The notes under the pieces are model-generated. The model saw only the letters and a program-made list of their open reading frames with translations, was not told the origin of the DNA and did not search any database. From the NCBI RefSeq assembly GCF_964204645.1, contig NC_134025.1, positions 14,508,001 through 14,572,000 of the forward strand: a stretch of 64,000 bases of DNA, in the 5' to 3' direction. The stretch is from Tubulanus polymorphus (lineage: Eukaryota > Animalia > Nemertea). The translations under genes and the position numbers were made by a program. Position 1 is the first letter of the stretch. Each line of letters opens with the position of its first letter. Shown here one piece after another: positions 23,446 to 36,249 of this stretch.

Positions 23446-23795
23446 AATGAATCATCACCTTGTAAAATAGTTTTTCTGCTGGGCTTAACAACCTCAGGCT
23501 TATTCATTTTTAAACAAGGTACTGCTAAATTCTCAAATATGAAATAGTGCCTCTTTTTAGCCCACTTGGACTCAGGTCCCAGTGCTATTGCGTTCAGTTT
23601 TCGTCCATCTGGGAAGTTTTGAAAATGCTTCACTGAATTGTCTTCATATTCGGTTTAGCCATGCTCGCCATTGTTGCTGAAATCAGAACTTTTTTGACAA
23701 GTTTCATTATGATTGAAAATGAAATTATATACAATTTGACTATTCAAGTTAGTACCTACCAGGGTATGCATATTTTGGCACCACAATCAATTGTA

Positions 23796-23863
23796 CAGTG
23801 GAACCTCGTTATAACGAACATATTTTCTGGTCTCCTGAAGTTTGCTGTAACGAGGTTCCACTG
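23796..23863. mobile_element. Tiny pogo/Tigger-type (Tc1/mariner) MITE
   Basis: TA|CAGTGGAACCTCGTTA...TAACGAGGTTCCACTG|TA. Confidence 0.85.
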
Positions 23864-24039
23864 TACATAAGTAGCTCATGACATCACTGAGACTTTGGTG
23901 AGTTGATTTCTGCATTTGTTTACCAGGGGGCGTTGAATATATTAAACTTGTCAGATTTTCAAGCATTTCACCAAGTGCATCCCTAGTTGCGTTATATTAC
24001 TCAGTCGTTATTCGTTTTTCATACGTTTGTCTAAGCTGG

Positions 24040-26203
24040 CACACCTACGATATTATTCAGAAATCAAATTCCAACAAGTATCGCAGAAGTTCATCGAGGA
24101 CTCTCTTCACCAATTGACCGAGACGGCAAAAAATGTGATTAACGTGACACGAGAGAAGGTGCTCGATGGGGCATACTGAGGATTCTCCCGTGAATCATTC
24201 AGTGCTAATAATTTACTGAGTGTAAAATTCCATGGAGAGCAAGGAATAGATACGGGTGGTCTTTCCAGAGAGTTTCTCAGGCTTGCCCTGATACAGTTAT
24301 CAAGGAGCAATCTGTTTACGGGCTCAGAAAATAATAAGTTTTTAGAGCTTAATGCAAAAGGTAAGAATACATATTTGTCCAGAAACAAATTACTTTTGCC
24401 AGTGGCTTCAATCTCGATTCCAATAGTTAGTGTTATAAACGCAAAATGATTTGTGATATACAAGTCGTTTCCTATGTTAATATCTTTGTAGCTCTTGATA
24501 AGGAATGCTATATAATTGCTGGTAAACTCGTTGCTTACTCTGTAGTACATGGAGGACCGTTTCCCCAGTTCCTCCACCCGCAGATGTATGAACGTGTGAG
24601 TGGAGGATATGCAAAGATTAAAATTGACGATGTACCGGACACAGATGTCAGAGCAAAAATGAAAGCGGTAGCGGTAGCGCCCGCATCTATATAATAAGCA
24701 TATCGTCATCTTTTTATCATTTTATTTCTCTATGAACGTATCGAGAAAAGATCGTATAAATATCATCGGCACCACTGGTGACTCGAGCCCATATCAATGG
24801 AGTCGGTTACCGTATCCCTATGTCAAATGCCTTCCGGGTTTGATTTCTGGCGTGATTCTCATTTCGAAGCGATTTCTCTTTTATTTTTCGTGCACGATGT
24901 TGATATCTGTTCAAAGCAGTGATTTTCCAGTGAAATAAAGATAAAAAAACTACCTCCCGCATCTGAAGAGAATATGTCAGAGGGATATTTTCATTGTTAT
25001 AATAAAAATAAAATGACACCTCCCGCATCTCAAAAACATTCAAACAGTTCTTTTTATTTCTACTTTAAAAAAAAGTACATAAAAATAAAAACCGCCCGCC
25101 CTCGTCATGGTAAAAAGCAAAAGTGTGATGAGAAACAAGGCATCTTTTTTTGGCCACCATTTGATAAAATCTGTTGACTAAACCACTTTGGGTGTCAAAA
25201 CTGAATGAATTGTTTTTCAAGCCCCGATAGTGGTGTCAGTATCAATTAAATTGTTGTTGATACTGGCTCTTTGAGAGTGGAAATGCCGCGATCATAACCA
25301 CTGGGATAGACTTTAGTAGGATGTCTTCATATAAACAGCCTAGAAGAAGCTGTCCAAAGCGCAAGCAATGTTGCACACTGGTACATTTTTCAAAGAACTA
25401 ACTCTGCTATTGAACAGTAAGTCTTTTCCATCCTCCTTTCCATTGAGTAAAATTCACTGTAAAGAATTATCAGTCAAATGTTGTACTTTCAATGCATGGA
25501 GAGTTTAATAAGATGTAAAATGTTAAAAATCTGAAATGAATCCGCAAATGAACTACTGTAATTAAACTGAGATTTGAGAAATCACTTGCAGTAATGATAT
25601 CATCTGTTTTTCAGGTTCAAAAGTCGTTTGGAAACCTTGGGGTTTTTAATGGCGGTACAAGAAAACCGAGATCTCATGCGAGAGGGTTTTCTGGAACCCA
25701 TTCATAGTCTTGATGCCAATCAGATACTAGATATGTTCCAGACACCAGAATTAAGCCCGGAAGGTTCAAATAAAAGGAGGGCCGAGTCTGATACACTAGC
25801 ATATTGGTATGATTTTGTCGAGCATCTGGGAGGTACGCATAGTCAAATTCCCCTTATCATTATTTATCTGATTATCTATATCCATTGGCATTACTTGTAA
25901 GTAGTTAAGGCATTGTTTCAAACACATACATGTACATATATTTCTTTTTCGGAACGTGGTTTCCTGGAAGACCTTCTTATATTCACTGCAGGGTTGGCAC
26001 GCCCCCCACCTCTTGGATTTGATCCATCAGTGTGTATACGGTTTCGACATCCATCGGATGGAAGTGATGAGTGGACAAGAAACTACCCTATTGCAAATAC
26101 CTGCGCCAATATTTTGCATTTACCAGTTCTTAGCGAATACGACGAATTTCAGCAAAACATGCTTGCTGCGATTCTTAGTTGTCTGTCTTTTACGGACAAA
26201 TGA
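24040..26203 (+). pseudogene. Multi-exon G2E3-like HECT E3 ligase pseudogene (C-terminal part)
   Basis: Exons encode SVKFHGEQGIDTGGLSREF, AGKLVAYSVVHGGPFPQF, SPEGSNKRRAE, LLIFTAG..PPPLGF..ANTCANILHLP (catalytic Cys). GT donors at about 24361, 24667, 25418 and 25833. In-frame TGA near 24238. Confidence 0.8.
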
Positions 26204-26344
26204 ACACATAACAATTACTGCACAATCATGTACTGCACAGTTATGTACCGTATGCATTTCATTGTGTTCTTAACTACTCTGAGTCCAGAGGCTGACCCGA
26301 AATCAATAGTCGCTACCTAGCCTGCAATCTTAATTTTTACCCCG

Positions 26345-26790
26345 CTTTCAAATTCATTAATTTTTTATCATTTGTTTTATTTTATACATTAAATATCTAT
26401 AAACATTGTCGAAATTTTAAAAGCGTATGCATGTTTATATATTATAGTTTTTTAAGATGGGTTGTGAATCAGTATTTCAATAGCAATATTTTTGTTTTCA
26501 TGACAATAATTTGAAAAATCCAGCTTTCAAATTTAATTCTTTTTTATCATTTGTTTAGTTTATACATTAAATATCTATAAAAATTGTTGAAATTTTAAAA
26601 GCGTATGCATGTTTATATATTATAGTTTTTTAAGATTGGTTGTGAATCAGTATTTTAATAGCAATATTTTTGTTTTCATGACAATAATTTGAAAAAGCCA
26701 GCTTTCAAATTTAATTCTTTCTTATCATTTGTTTAGTTAATTCAATAGAATATCTGTTGACAGTGTAGAAATTATAGAACAGTATGCATG
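26345..26790 (+). repeat. AT-rich tandem repeat, about 178-bp unit, about 2.5 copies
   Basis: TTTATACATTAAATATCTATAAA...CATGACAATAATTTGAAAAA repeated. Confidence 0.85.
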
Positions 26791-27221
26791 ATTATAGATT
26801 ATATTTTTGTATCAATACTTTCATAATCATCAGTGGCTACTTTGGACCCGTTTTTCAGTTTTGTAGAGACTTTTTCTGAACAAATCAGTTCTATGCATGA
26901 TTAAATAAAAAGTTTGGTTCATTCAATTAAATGTTTTTTGCTTATATTGTGGGCTGAAATTTGCGCTTTTAGAAATTTGATACAGACATTTATACAGACT
27001 AACCTGATTGTATGACTAAAATTGGTCAGATTTGTAAGCCTACGCAAGTCAACGGATACCAGAGTACAATGAACCCCTTTCTGAAACTGAGGACTGTATT
27101 GTTTCTGTTGAAACCAGACACCCTATATACATGCACATTTAAGACAGTAATATAAAATCGGCCACTTATTTTTGATTGTGAAAATCAACACATTACAAAG
27201 TTGACAATTAGAAAGTTGAAC

Positions 27222-27458
27222 TTAAACAAGCATCCTCCTAATTTCCTGCCTCAAAAAGTTGTACAGTTCTACAGCATCATATGCATCGCTGGGAATATGA
27301 TAATTGTGATCCTGCATGATTTCCATCACAGCATCTAGTATGGCTGGATCTTTGCATGTGACATCGTCCTTTTCTATACAATCTTCAGCACACGCATATA
27401 TTTCAGCTCGCGTCAACGGTCCCCGTAGCATATCCACGCCACCAAACAGCTCAGGGTA
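27222..27458 (-). pseudogene. Probable C-terminal fragment of an integrase-core-type DNA transposase
   Basis: YPELFGG..C..P.DA.DA.ELY.FLR.EI resembles C-termini of animal integrase-core transposases. Recognised from memory; no catalytic residues present. Confidence 0.45.
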
Positions 27459-27602
27459 CTTCGACTTAATAAGTCGAATTTCGACTTAATAGGTCGAATT
27501 TCGACATAATAAGTCGAATTTCGTGTTAATTAAGTCGAATTTCGACTTAATAAGTCGAAATTGTGAAAAAATTTTCTCGTATGTCACCTAGGGGCTTCCG
27601 TA
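27459..27602. repeat. Palindromic 20-bp tandem array (CGACTTAATAAGTCGAATTT x5) ending in a MITE-like terminus GGGGCTTCCGTA
   Basis: Direct reading. Related end TACGGAAGC at 27724, followed by about 58-bp tandem units at 27770-27920. Confidence 0.75.
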
Positions 27603-29044
27603 TATAATAGTTATAATTGCTGATGATGTAATTTATTTAGTAAAAAAATGACGCGTCAATAGTAGGAGGAATATAATTTTTTTTGTTTCTCTAAATAATC
27701 AATTGTTGGCCAAAAAAATGATACTACGGAAGCGTCCTGGGGACATATCTATTTAAAGAATTTTTTGAGGTTAATTCCAAGTTTGCAACTCGGAATTAAC
27801 TAGTTTTCTCAGTTAAATGCGATTTTTGATGTTAATTCCGAGTTTTGAACTCGTAATAAACTAGTTTTCTCAGTCAAATGCGATTTTCGAAGTTAATTTT
27901 GAGTTTGTAACTCGGCATTTTATATTTTCATATTTAAAACTAAGATTTTTACCGTTAATCTATCTGACCCGGCCGGGGAATGAGAAACACGGTATCATTT
28001 TTGGCCTCATTTCCAAACCACATAATCCAATGTAATCTTTGAAAGAAATGAATGATTTAGATTTCATCTTTTATTTTCAATCACTGATCATCGTACGAGA
28101 TACTTATTTTCCATTTCAAGCACGAGCGGGGCGGCCGATCGCGTGCGTTCATTTAAAGGCTTGATGACTAGGCTCCAAAGTTTATGAGTTGAAATATGAA
28201 TGACAAATACGGTGACAAAAAATCAATATATCAAAATTTTCATCGTGTTCAAAGATCCATCTTAATCACTAGTAGTCCGGTATGCTGATAAACACTTGAT
28301 ACACGAATGAAAAATGCGAAAACGTTTTCAGAAATTGATATAAACGTGTAGATGTAAAATCGTAGAAAAGGTTGGCGGGTATTTGACGCGGTTTTGTTTG
28401 TTGATAGCTGCGAACGCTGATACTGCGGGTTTAGTGCGCATACGCGTGGATTGTGTTTACCAAAAGTGTGTTTACCAAAGAAAAATGCGAGCATGCGCAC
28501 TGCAAACGAGATGGTGGAAACTCTTTGCGAAAAAAAATCGCTCCGCGGTACATATACTCGCTACTATGTGGTGCATTGATCTGTGCATGTGTATGAAAAG
28601 CACGCCTCGCGCGGGGCCTAGTTTAACTGCAAATGATTCAACTCGGTCAGGCGGCAGAGAAAAGCAGTGAATTTTATAGAAGGGCAGTAAAATTGGGAAA
28701 GGGGGAAGTGAATCTTGGAAATTGTTCAATTTACAAAAATAAATTGCCTCACAACTTTGTACACAGTGTATGATATAAATGGAATCGTCACACCATGAAA
28801 GTGAAATTGTCTATTTGAGTTAGTGGGGAAACCCAATACCATGTATATTCATGATGAATCATCATGGAGTTGTGTATAGAGATCAATGGAGATCAATATA
28901 CAGTAGACAGATTTTCATAAAAACTTCTTGATTTAATCAAGGGCGACATATTGCAGGGCTTTTTGGTTTACCTATGTCAGCGGTATGAGGTTGGCATTGA
29001 ACCAATGCATGTAAAATCGAGGTACGTTTTTTTATGTGAGCATT

Positions 29045-29345
29045 TTTTCATTGGTTCTCGGGTTAAACGACGCATAATCGATGCGATTGAAGACATGGCG
29101 AACCTCCATCGATGACATCGATCATAAATTCGACGAAAAACTGTTTTTGGCGGGAAAATTCTTAGCCCTCGCGTATAAAATTGCGATGAGCTCGATTGGC
29201 GGGCGTCGTCTCTACGAATGTGATTGGCTATTTTTGGGATATACGGGGAATTCTGGTGCTACTAAAATGATTGCGGGAAAGCCATTAATGGCGAATGTTT
29301 CATTGGACTAGGTGCCGTATATGTGCGAATTTTAAATGCTCATTG
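29045..29345. promoter_or_regulatory. Putative cell-cycle-type promoter (CCAAT boxes, E2F sites, CHR-like motif)
   Basis: Four ATTGG boxes, TTTTGGCGGGAAAA (29145), GCGGGAAA (29273), TTTTAAA (about 29330). CpG-rich relative to flanks. Confidence 0.45.
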
Positions 29346-30978
29346 CTGCTGAGAATGTGACAATTTCATATATCGCCATAGGTATTGTTTCATTTTAATA
29401 ACCGGCGATTGTGTTGATTGAGATTGAAGTGAAGCGAACGTTCACTACACAAGGCCTCAACGTGCGCAGGAAAACACTAGACTGTTGCACACACACAAGC
29501 TCGTACAGACTACTATATGGTGATGCTGTTACGCTGCTTGGTGCGTGCACGTTTGGTATGATTACAGGCTGAATAATCGCCGTAGCAGAAGATGAGAGCG
29601 CTGTGTTTTCTGTTTGATAGAATTTGTAATAAATTGTAATTTCTTGTGACCTGAAAAAACTAAGCAGCAAACTATAGGTTTAGGTTGAGGTCTGAATATT
29701 GTAGTGGTAAATTCCAGGATTCAAATCGATCTAATACCACGCCCAGGTGTTTTAGCTTCCGCGGCCATACATTGGAAGAGGTTTCGTTTCCAAGACTCAA
29801 GCCACCCTCTGATATGTGACATCATATGAATTTTATTTGAATATTTTTTCATATAGTGGAAAATATTTATTAGAAAATATAAGATAGTCTCCCTGCCGCG
29901 CCTACCTATGCCCTACGAAATTTTGGACGTTGACCATAAACAAATGTTTATCTTTGGTCTTATTTGACTACCAAATATTTTTCTGAGAAAAATAAAATAC
30001 AATGTAAACTTCTAGAACTTTGAAGTCACGAATTAAAAGGATTTTTCAAGCAATGCCCTTACTCCAAAAAAACCTCTAGCTTTTAAGGTAAACCACACTT
30101 TGCCCATGGGCAATTTATTTGATTACTCGGAGCACGGATTCCCTGAATTTCTGCCAAAAACTTCATGCCGAAGATGCGTTTCCATTCAAGATTTGAAAAA
30201 AGAATTTTTTTTCTTGATATTTTCCGTCCTTATAATTGTCTGTGAAAAGTCAGTTTTCTCCCATCATTTGAATTCAATCCAATAGTTTTCACTCTATTTC
30301 ATTTTTCTGCTTAATAGAGTTCCAATGTTTAAATTTGATGCTGATTAAACATACACTCTTGTAAATTTAGGAGAGTCCATATTAAGAATTTCGTTTCTTG
30401 TTAACTTTATTTTTCACTGATTGACTTTTTTGACGCGCGCGGAAAATGAAACTCATGAAAACAAGCAATTTTTGCGTGGCCTTAAACTATATGTCGGTCC
30501 AAATTAGTCCGAATGTTCCAAATTTTGACCGTTCAGAATAACGTAGCGTGAACGCAGCTTTTAACCAACCGAAAGCTGATGCTCACCGCTCACAGCGTCG
30601 ACACGTGGTCCAAATCTCTATCTCAACGTGCGTAATCATAAGGGCGCGAAATCGATACTTAAACATAACATACACACAACCAGTATCTTTCATTTCGTAC
30701 TAAAATCCTATTAATCCAAAGCGAACAGACCGCGTCAACCCGTAACAATTTCACCGTTAGCCGCTTACAGTATAGATCAGATTAAATGTAAAGACTGCCG
30801 GAAAGGGTAGATTAAATGACTCAAGATTACAGCATAAAATAGTTCCATCAGAGTCTTATCACATCGGACTGGTATTTGAAATTAATCCGCCAATATTGGA
30901 CTGATTGAATCTTACGACATTACGCTATAGGGACGTGCGGACATACCGACAACCCAACCATCGATCAGAGGTAGGTTA

Positions 30979-31870
30979 ACAAGGAGCCTATCGGCTTGTA
31001 TAGCTCCGCTGTGTGATTTGAAGAAATGGAAGCTGTATACCTAGGGGTGCCCCCTTTTGGCCAAATCCAAAAAGGGCTCTGTACTTTGTAGGTATTGGTC
31101 CATAGAACATTATTCATACCAAATTTCGTCTTGATCTGATTAAAACTGTAGGACTAATAGCAATTTGAAGAAATAGAAACTCCATCCCCAGGGGCGCCCC
31201 CTTGGGGACGAATAAAAAAATGGCTCTGTAACTTCATAGTCCGTGGTCCATAATAGAACATTCACACCAAATTTGGAATTGATCTGATTAAAACTGTAGG
31301 ACTAGTAGCGCTTTGAAGAAACAGAAACTCCACCCCAAGGGGCGCCCCTGGGGGAAGAGTCCAAAAATGCTCTGTAACTTTATAGGCCTTGGTCCATAGA
31401 ACATTGATACCAATTGATCTGATTAAAACGGTAGGACTAGTAGCAATTAGAATATGAACTCCAACCCCAGGGGCGCCCCCTGGGGGACGAATCCAAAAAA
31501 TGTTCTGTACTTTATAGACCTAGGTCCATAGAACATTCATACCAAATTTGGAATTGATCTGATTTAAACTGTAGGACAAGTAGCGATTTGAAGAAATAGA
31601 AACTCTACCCCCAGGGGCGCCCCCTGGCGGACGAATCCAAAAAATGTTCTGTACTTTATAGACCTAGGTCCATAGCGATTTGAAGAAATAGAAACTCCAC
31701 CCCCTAGGGGCGCCCCCTGGCGGACGAATCCAAAAAATGGCTCTGTAACTTTATAGGCCTTGGTCCATAGAATGTTCTTACCAAATTTGGAATTGATCCG
31801 AATAAAACTGTAGGACTAGTAGCGATTCGAAGAAAAAGTTCACAGACGCACGAACGAACGAACGAACGAG
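30979..31870. repeat. Non-autonomous element with about 150-bp tandem cores and (GAAC)n microsatellite (Helentron/DINE-like architecture)
   Basis: AACAAG start, 5-6 copies of GCGATTTGAAGAAATAGAAACTC..GGGGCGCCCC..GTAGGACTAGTA, then CGAACGAACGAAC. Confidence 0.7.
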
Positions 31871-32112
31871 CTCAGACCACTATTCCAAAATCTTCTATAT
31901 CCTAAAGTAAAAACAAGAAATTCGAGAGTTAAGTTCATATATAAGCGCGTAAATTCAGCGGAAATCCTGCTTATGGCTCATAGGCCAGCATCTTAGTGGT
32001 TTTCGCCCCACATACCCAACCTAACTTTGAAATAATCAAACCTTTATCAAACCTTTAGAAAGGAGGGGTATCCCAGTACAGGTATGCCAGTACATCCGAG
32101 CCCAATATCTAA

Positions 32113-32319
32113 AGCCGGGCGTAGGTCGACCTTGCGACGCGACGCGTCGCGTCGCAGAAAGTAGAACATGTGCGACTCATTGCGACTGGCGTCGCTGGCA
32201 GTCGCAACCCGTCGCTGGCAGTCGCAAGGGAGCGTAGGTCGGTGGGTCGTTGCGACGCGATCGTCGTTGGCGGTCGCAGTGAGTCGAAAGCCGTCGCAAG
32301 GCCGACCTACGCTCAGGCT
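32113..32319. mobile_element. Harbinger-like MITE nested in a second DINE-like element (about 31912-32642)
   Basis: Imperfect TIR GCGTAGGTCG.CCTTGCGACG. Flanks TAA and TTA. Confidence 0.65.
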
Positions 32320-32832
32320 TTAGGGAATCCCCCATCGTGTTTGGTACCCTTACTCCAAGCAAAAAAAGTCCAGGGAATCCCTTATTTCATCATCAATCTG
32401 CCTCTCAGGATCAATGGATTTCATACATATAACCGAAATTCGTTACCTATCCCATTTGCAGAAATTATGGCAACATTTATGGGGGACCTCTTCTTCACTC
32501 TAGGTACTATTTTGGGGTCCGGCCCTACGCACCTTCGAGCTACTAACCTAATTATGGTCTGATGCCGAACGGACGGACGACGACGGCTCGCCCCCTAACC
32601 CATTAGCTCCGCTGACCTTCAGTCACAGCAAAGCTAATAAAAGTCAATGATTTTATCAACCAAGAAAATGCGAGAATCCTTAGCAACGCAATTTAGGTAC
32701 CTTTGCCGTACCGATTCCCTACCGACAGTGTTCCTGTGGAAATGGAATGTATCCACGCAACATTATCACATGATACCAACTGCCTTGATGTATTGGGTTA
32801 GGCTACGAGCTGGAACTTAGGAATTTAAAAGG

Positions 32833-34497
32833 ATGAATCGCGGACTGAGCTGGTCAGATTCTGACGAAGATGGCGTTGATGATGGTATGAATGAACAAGA
32901 GTTGCAGCGACTACAGCGTCAGTATCGGCGTCTGTGTGGTGATCGCCGTGCGTATACAGAGGACACAAAGAATGTTATCCGAAAACAGCGATCGCTGATA
33001 GAGTCACTACAACAAGAAAATCGTGAAATTTGTACGAATCTCGAAAATACGGAGAGTTTCCAAAACCAAATAAAGGATGACGATGCTACAAAAGAATTGG
33101 AAGATTTGGTTATATCTCACGATGAATACCAAACGGAAATAGTGGAAGAAAATCATAAAATTCATGTTTTAGATGAGGAAGTTCAGCTGCTTGAATCCAA
33201 AATTAAGAAACAAAATAAAGAGATTGGTGGGATCCACCAAGGACAGGCACTACATACTGCAACGCAAAAGAAAATACGCGTTTTAGAAAATCGCCTTGAT
33301 AAAGCAATGGGCAATTTCAACGGCCAACTTACGCGTAACAGACAATTACGACATGCAATTGACCACCTAAGGCAGGAACGCGAACGATTCGATCACCTGT
33401 ACAAAAAATTAGACAAAGAGTTGAATGAATGCAAGCGAGAAATGGGTGAGGTTATTGATGAAGCAACGCATAATTACGAACAACGAGATGAATACCAGTC
33501 AAAGATGATGCAACTTCAAGAAAGAAACCAAAAAGACCAAAATCAACATGAAACAGAAATGAAAGAGCTGGAACGCGTCATTAGCCATGATAATAAGTTG
33601 AAGGAGTTCATGAATATCAAATCTGGTGATCGTGCAGATTACAAGACTGAAGAAGCCGACAAGAGAAAGAAAAGAGGGGCAGGGGAAAGGGCAATTGATC
33701 AAGATAAACGTTTAATAGAAAGTTATGAAGAAGCATTCACTAGGATCAAAGAAATAACTGGTGAAGAAAATCTAGAAAATATCGTAGATAATTTTATCAG
33801 AAAAGAAGACGATAATTTTGCCCTTTTTAACTATGTTAATGAAATGAGTAATGAGGTAGAACTTCTTCAAGAACAAAGTGAACAACTTCGGTCAGACATA
33901 AAACAGTTTGGAGAGCAGGATGTCCAAATGGAATGTGAACGTGGTGAAAAACTGAAGGAATTAGAAGAAACTATAAGGTTGAAAAAAGCCACAACCAGTT
34001 CTGACGAACAACGGCTGATGGAAATAAATAAAACACTGGACAAACTAAAAGCTGGTATCAAGGTTGCATTTGAAAAGATTGGGTGTGATAGAAAGCCAGT
34101 TGAAGATTTATTGGGTGGGAAACATGAGGCTATCCAAGATAGCAATATCATGATTTTCCTTGGACTAATCGAACAACGTACAAATGAACTTCTTTCAATT
34201 CAGAAATATTCACAAATGAAGGATTTTGAGCCTCCAGATTTGACGGAGCACCAACTACATAATATAACGAAAAAACATCCGCAAGGGGTCACAATAACTT
34301 TACCTCCAAGCACTGGTGACGATTTTTATGATGATTTAAGTTCAGAAGAAGATGATGATCAACCATGTACCAGAGAAGAGATAAGATCTAGAATTATGAA
34401 GAACATTGGCAAGAAAGATACACGGCGTACGCAAGCCTTTCAAGGTTCTGGTGGAAAGCAAAAGGTTGAAAACAAAAAGAAAAGTCAAATCACATAG
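32833..34497 (+). CDS. ODAD1: Outer dynein arm docking complex subunit (ODA-DC2; ODAD1/CCDC114-CCDC63 family), single exon
   Basis: ELQRLQRQYR..GDRRAY, KIRVLENRLDKA..FN..L..N..LR..IDHLR.ER, EDDNFALFNYVNE, FLGLIEQRTNELL. Intact 554-aa coiled coil. ATTAAA at about 34642. Confidence 0.88.
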   Translation: MNRGLSWSDSDEDGVDDGMNEQELQRLQRQYRRLCGDRRAYTEDTKNVIRKQRSLIESLQQENREICTNLENTESFQNQIKDDDATKELEDLVISHDEYQTEIVEENHKIHVLDEEVQLLESKIKKQNKEIGGIHQGQALHTATQKKIRVLENRLDKAMGNFNGQLTRNRQLRHAIDHLRQERERFDHLYKKLDKELNECKREMGEVIDEATHNYEQRDEYQSKMMQLQERNQKDQNQHETEMKELERVISHDNKLKEFMNIKSGDRADYKTEEADKRKKRGAGERAIDQDKRLIESYEEAFTRIKEITGEENLENIVDNFIRKEDDNFALFNYVNEMSNEVELLQEQSEQLRSDIKQFGEQDVQMECERGEKLKELEETIRLKKATTSSDEQRLMEINKTLDKLKAGIKVAFEKIGCDRKPVEDLLGGKHEAIQDSNIMIFLGLIEQRTNELLSIQKYSQMKDFEPPDLTEHQLHNITKKHPQGVTITLPPSTGDDFYDDLSSEEDDDQPCTREEIRSRIMKNIGKKDTRRTQAFQGSGGKQKVENKKKSQIT

Positions 34498-35929
34498 GCC
34501 TATCAAAACGACGATGAGAGGTAGACTACGGCTCGAAATTTTACAGTTCCGATACAAGTGCAATGATATAACCAATAATCTCGTAGACTTGCCAATTGTT
34601 ATTCACCAGAAATTATATAATCGTTACGTATAAACAACTGCATTAAAAACACCTCTCACAAACGGGTTATTCTTTGATCAGACTGGTAGTTTTTATGGTC
34701 TAAGACCATATAGGCATCGTCGCTAGTAAAAATCTTGCCGTTCGCCGATCAACATCCGTAGTATCTCTACTGCCATGGATATAGTCCCATAATGCTGTAT
34801 CATAAAAGAACGGATAATCCGATAAGAATTGTCTGTAACGCGTCATTTGCCTGTATCCATGATCCTAGCTATGACTCTCATATAGCCTGTTTTAGTTTGG
34901 TTCCCAAAATCGTGATGAATTACGCAAAATATTGAGGCGCATGAAGGGCTTACCTGTCAGTGAATTGTCTCAGTTTTACCCGCCAATGAAGTGTTATCCC
35001 CATCTTTATCCTCACAGCTGCTCGTGCACTGATACATGTGTAAGTAGGTCATAAAAACTGCGCAGTTCGTGGTTTACATTGACATGGATCGGACGGTAGA
35101 TTATTGTCACGGCACGCTTCGTCGCTAGCCCGGTTATTTCTTGAAAGCATTGCGAGTGAGGATTTTCTTGATGAAGATTACCAGTAATGCGAAGATACTG
35201 TACTCTCGGGGAATACCCTGAGTAAGTTAGTACAGCCAGATTTAAGGTTTAAAAAACCAATTTTAGCGGACGGTTCTTTCAATTCCATGATTGTTGATAT
35301 AGAATTCTAAATTAAAAACGTAGTTTTGCTGAAGGATTCAGGTACCCGGCGGTGTTGCCGGGCGTGACCAAAAGGAAATCGAAATATCATAGATCTGTGA
35401 GCGAAGTTCCGTGATCAAATATAAAAAAGAGATTCATTTTCTGCAAAAAAACATGCTTTGGGAATGTTGTTTACAAATTGAGAGCCTATTGTTTTATCGA
35501 TTACGAGAATAAATTATTCTAATAAAAAATCGTCAAATTTCTACATTAAATCTCTCGGCTTCAATGGTTTTATATGTTTTACACTATAGAAATTTGTCCC
35601 CAAGTAGTACAACGGGTTGCATGGGTACAGAATTAATGGAACTACTTTAAATACGGATTATAGTAGCACGACTAAATTTTACTCGACACAAAAGGGAAAC
35701 GTTTGAAAAACGGGAGTAAAAGACACGTAAAAAGATATGATAAGTTAAAAAACGCATTTTATCCCAAGGATCGGCAAAAATTTGAGTTAATTTTTCTGCA
35801 GTACTCGTATCTCGCGGGACTCGGTCGTTTCGTAACACGAATCCCCGCGCGCGTAATCTAATTCTCCGGGACTCGACCGTTAGCGATGCCGTGAAACCGG
35901 TGCGCTTGTTATTCTAAAAGATTCACTCC

Positions 35930-35995
35930 GTTGCTAAGGGACTGTGCTTTTTGTGGGATTCGAATCTAATCTTCCACTCGGTTTCCACGGAGAAA
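35930..35995. promoter_or_regulatory. RFX X-box-like sites
   Basis: GTTGCTAAGGGAC (35930) and GTTTCCACGGAGA (about 35982). Half-site CCTTAGCAAC also at 32678-32687, upstream of ODAD1. Confidence 0.5.
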
Positions 35996-36249
35996 TCCGA
36001 AATAAAAAATAACATTTTGGATGTAGGCCTATGTTATTCACGTATTTATTTGTTTCTGATCCTTCGGGAATATCGAGTACCGGAAATCTACGGCTCAAAA
36101 TAAAAAGTGCACGTGGCCAGCGGTACCGAATTCCTTATTTGGTGAAAGAAGGGGCGGAGACTAATGTTTTTGCCGACCGCGATGTTGCTGCTGCTGGTGC
36201 TGCTCGAGCGAGACGTGCTGATCGATAAATCATATTTCATCTCCGCAAA

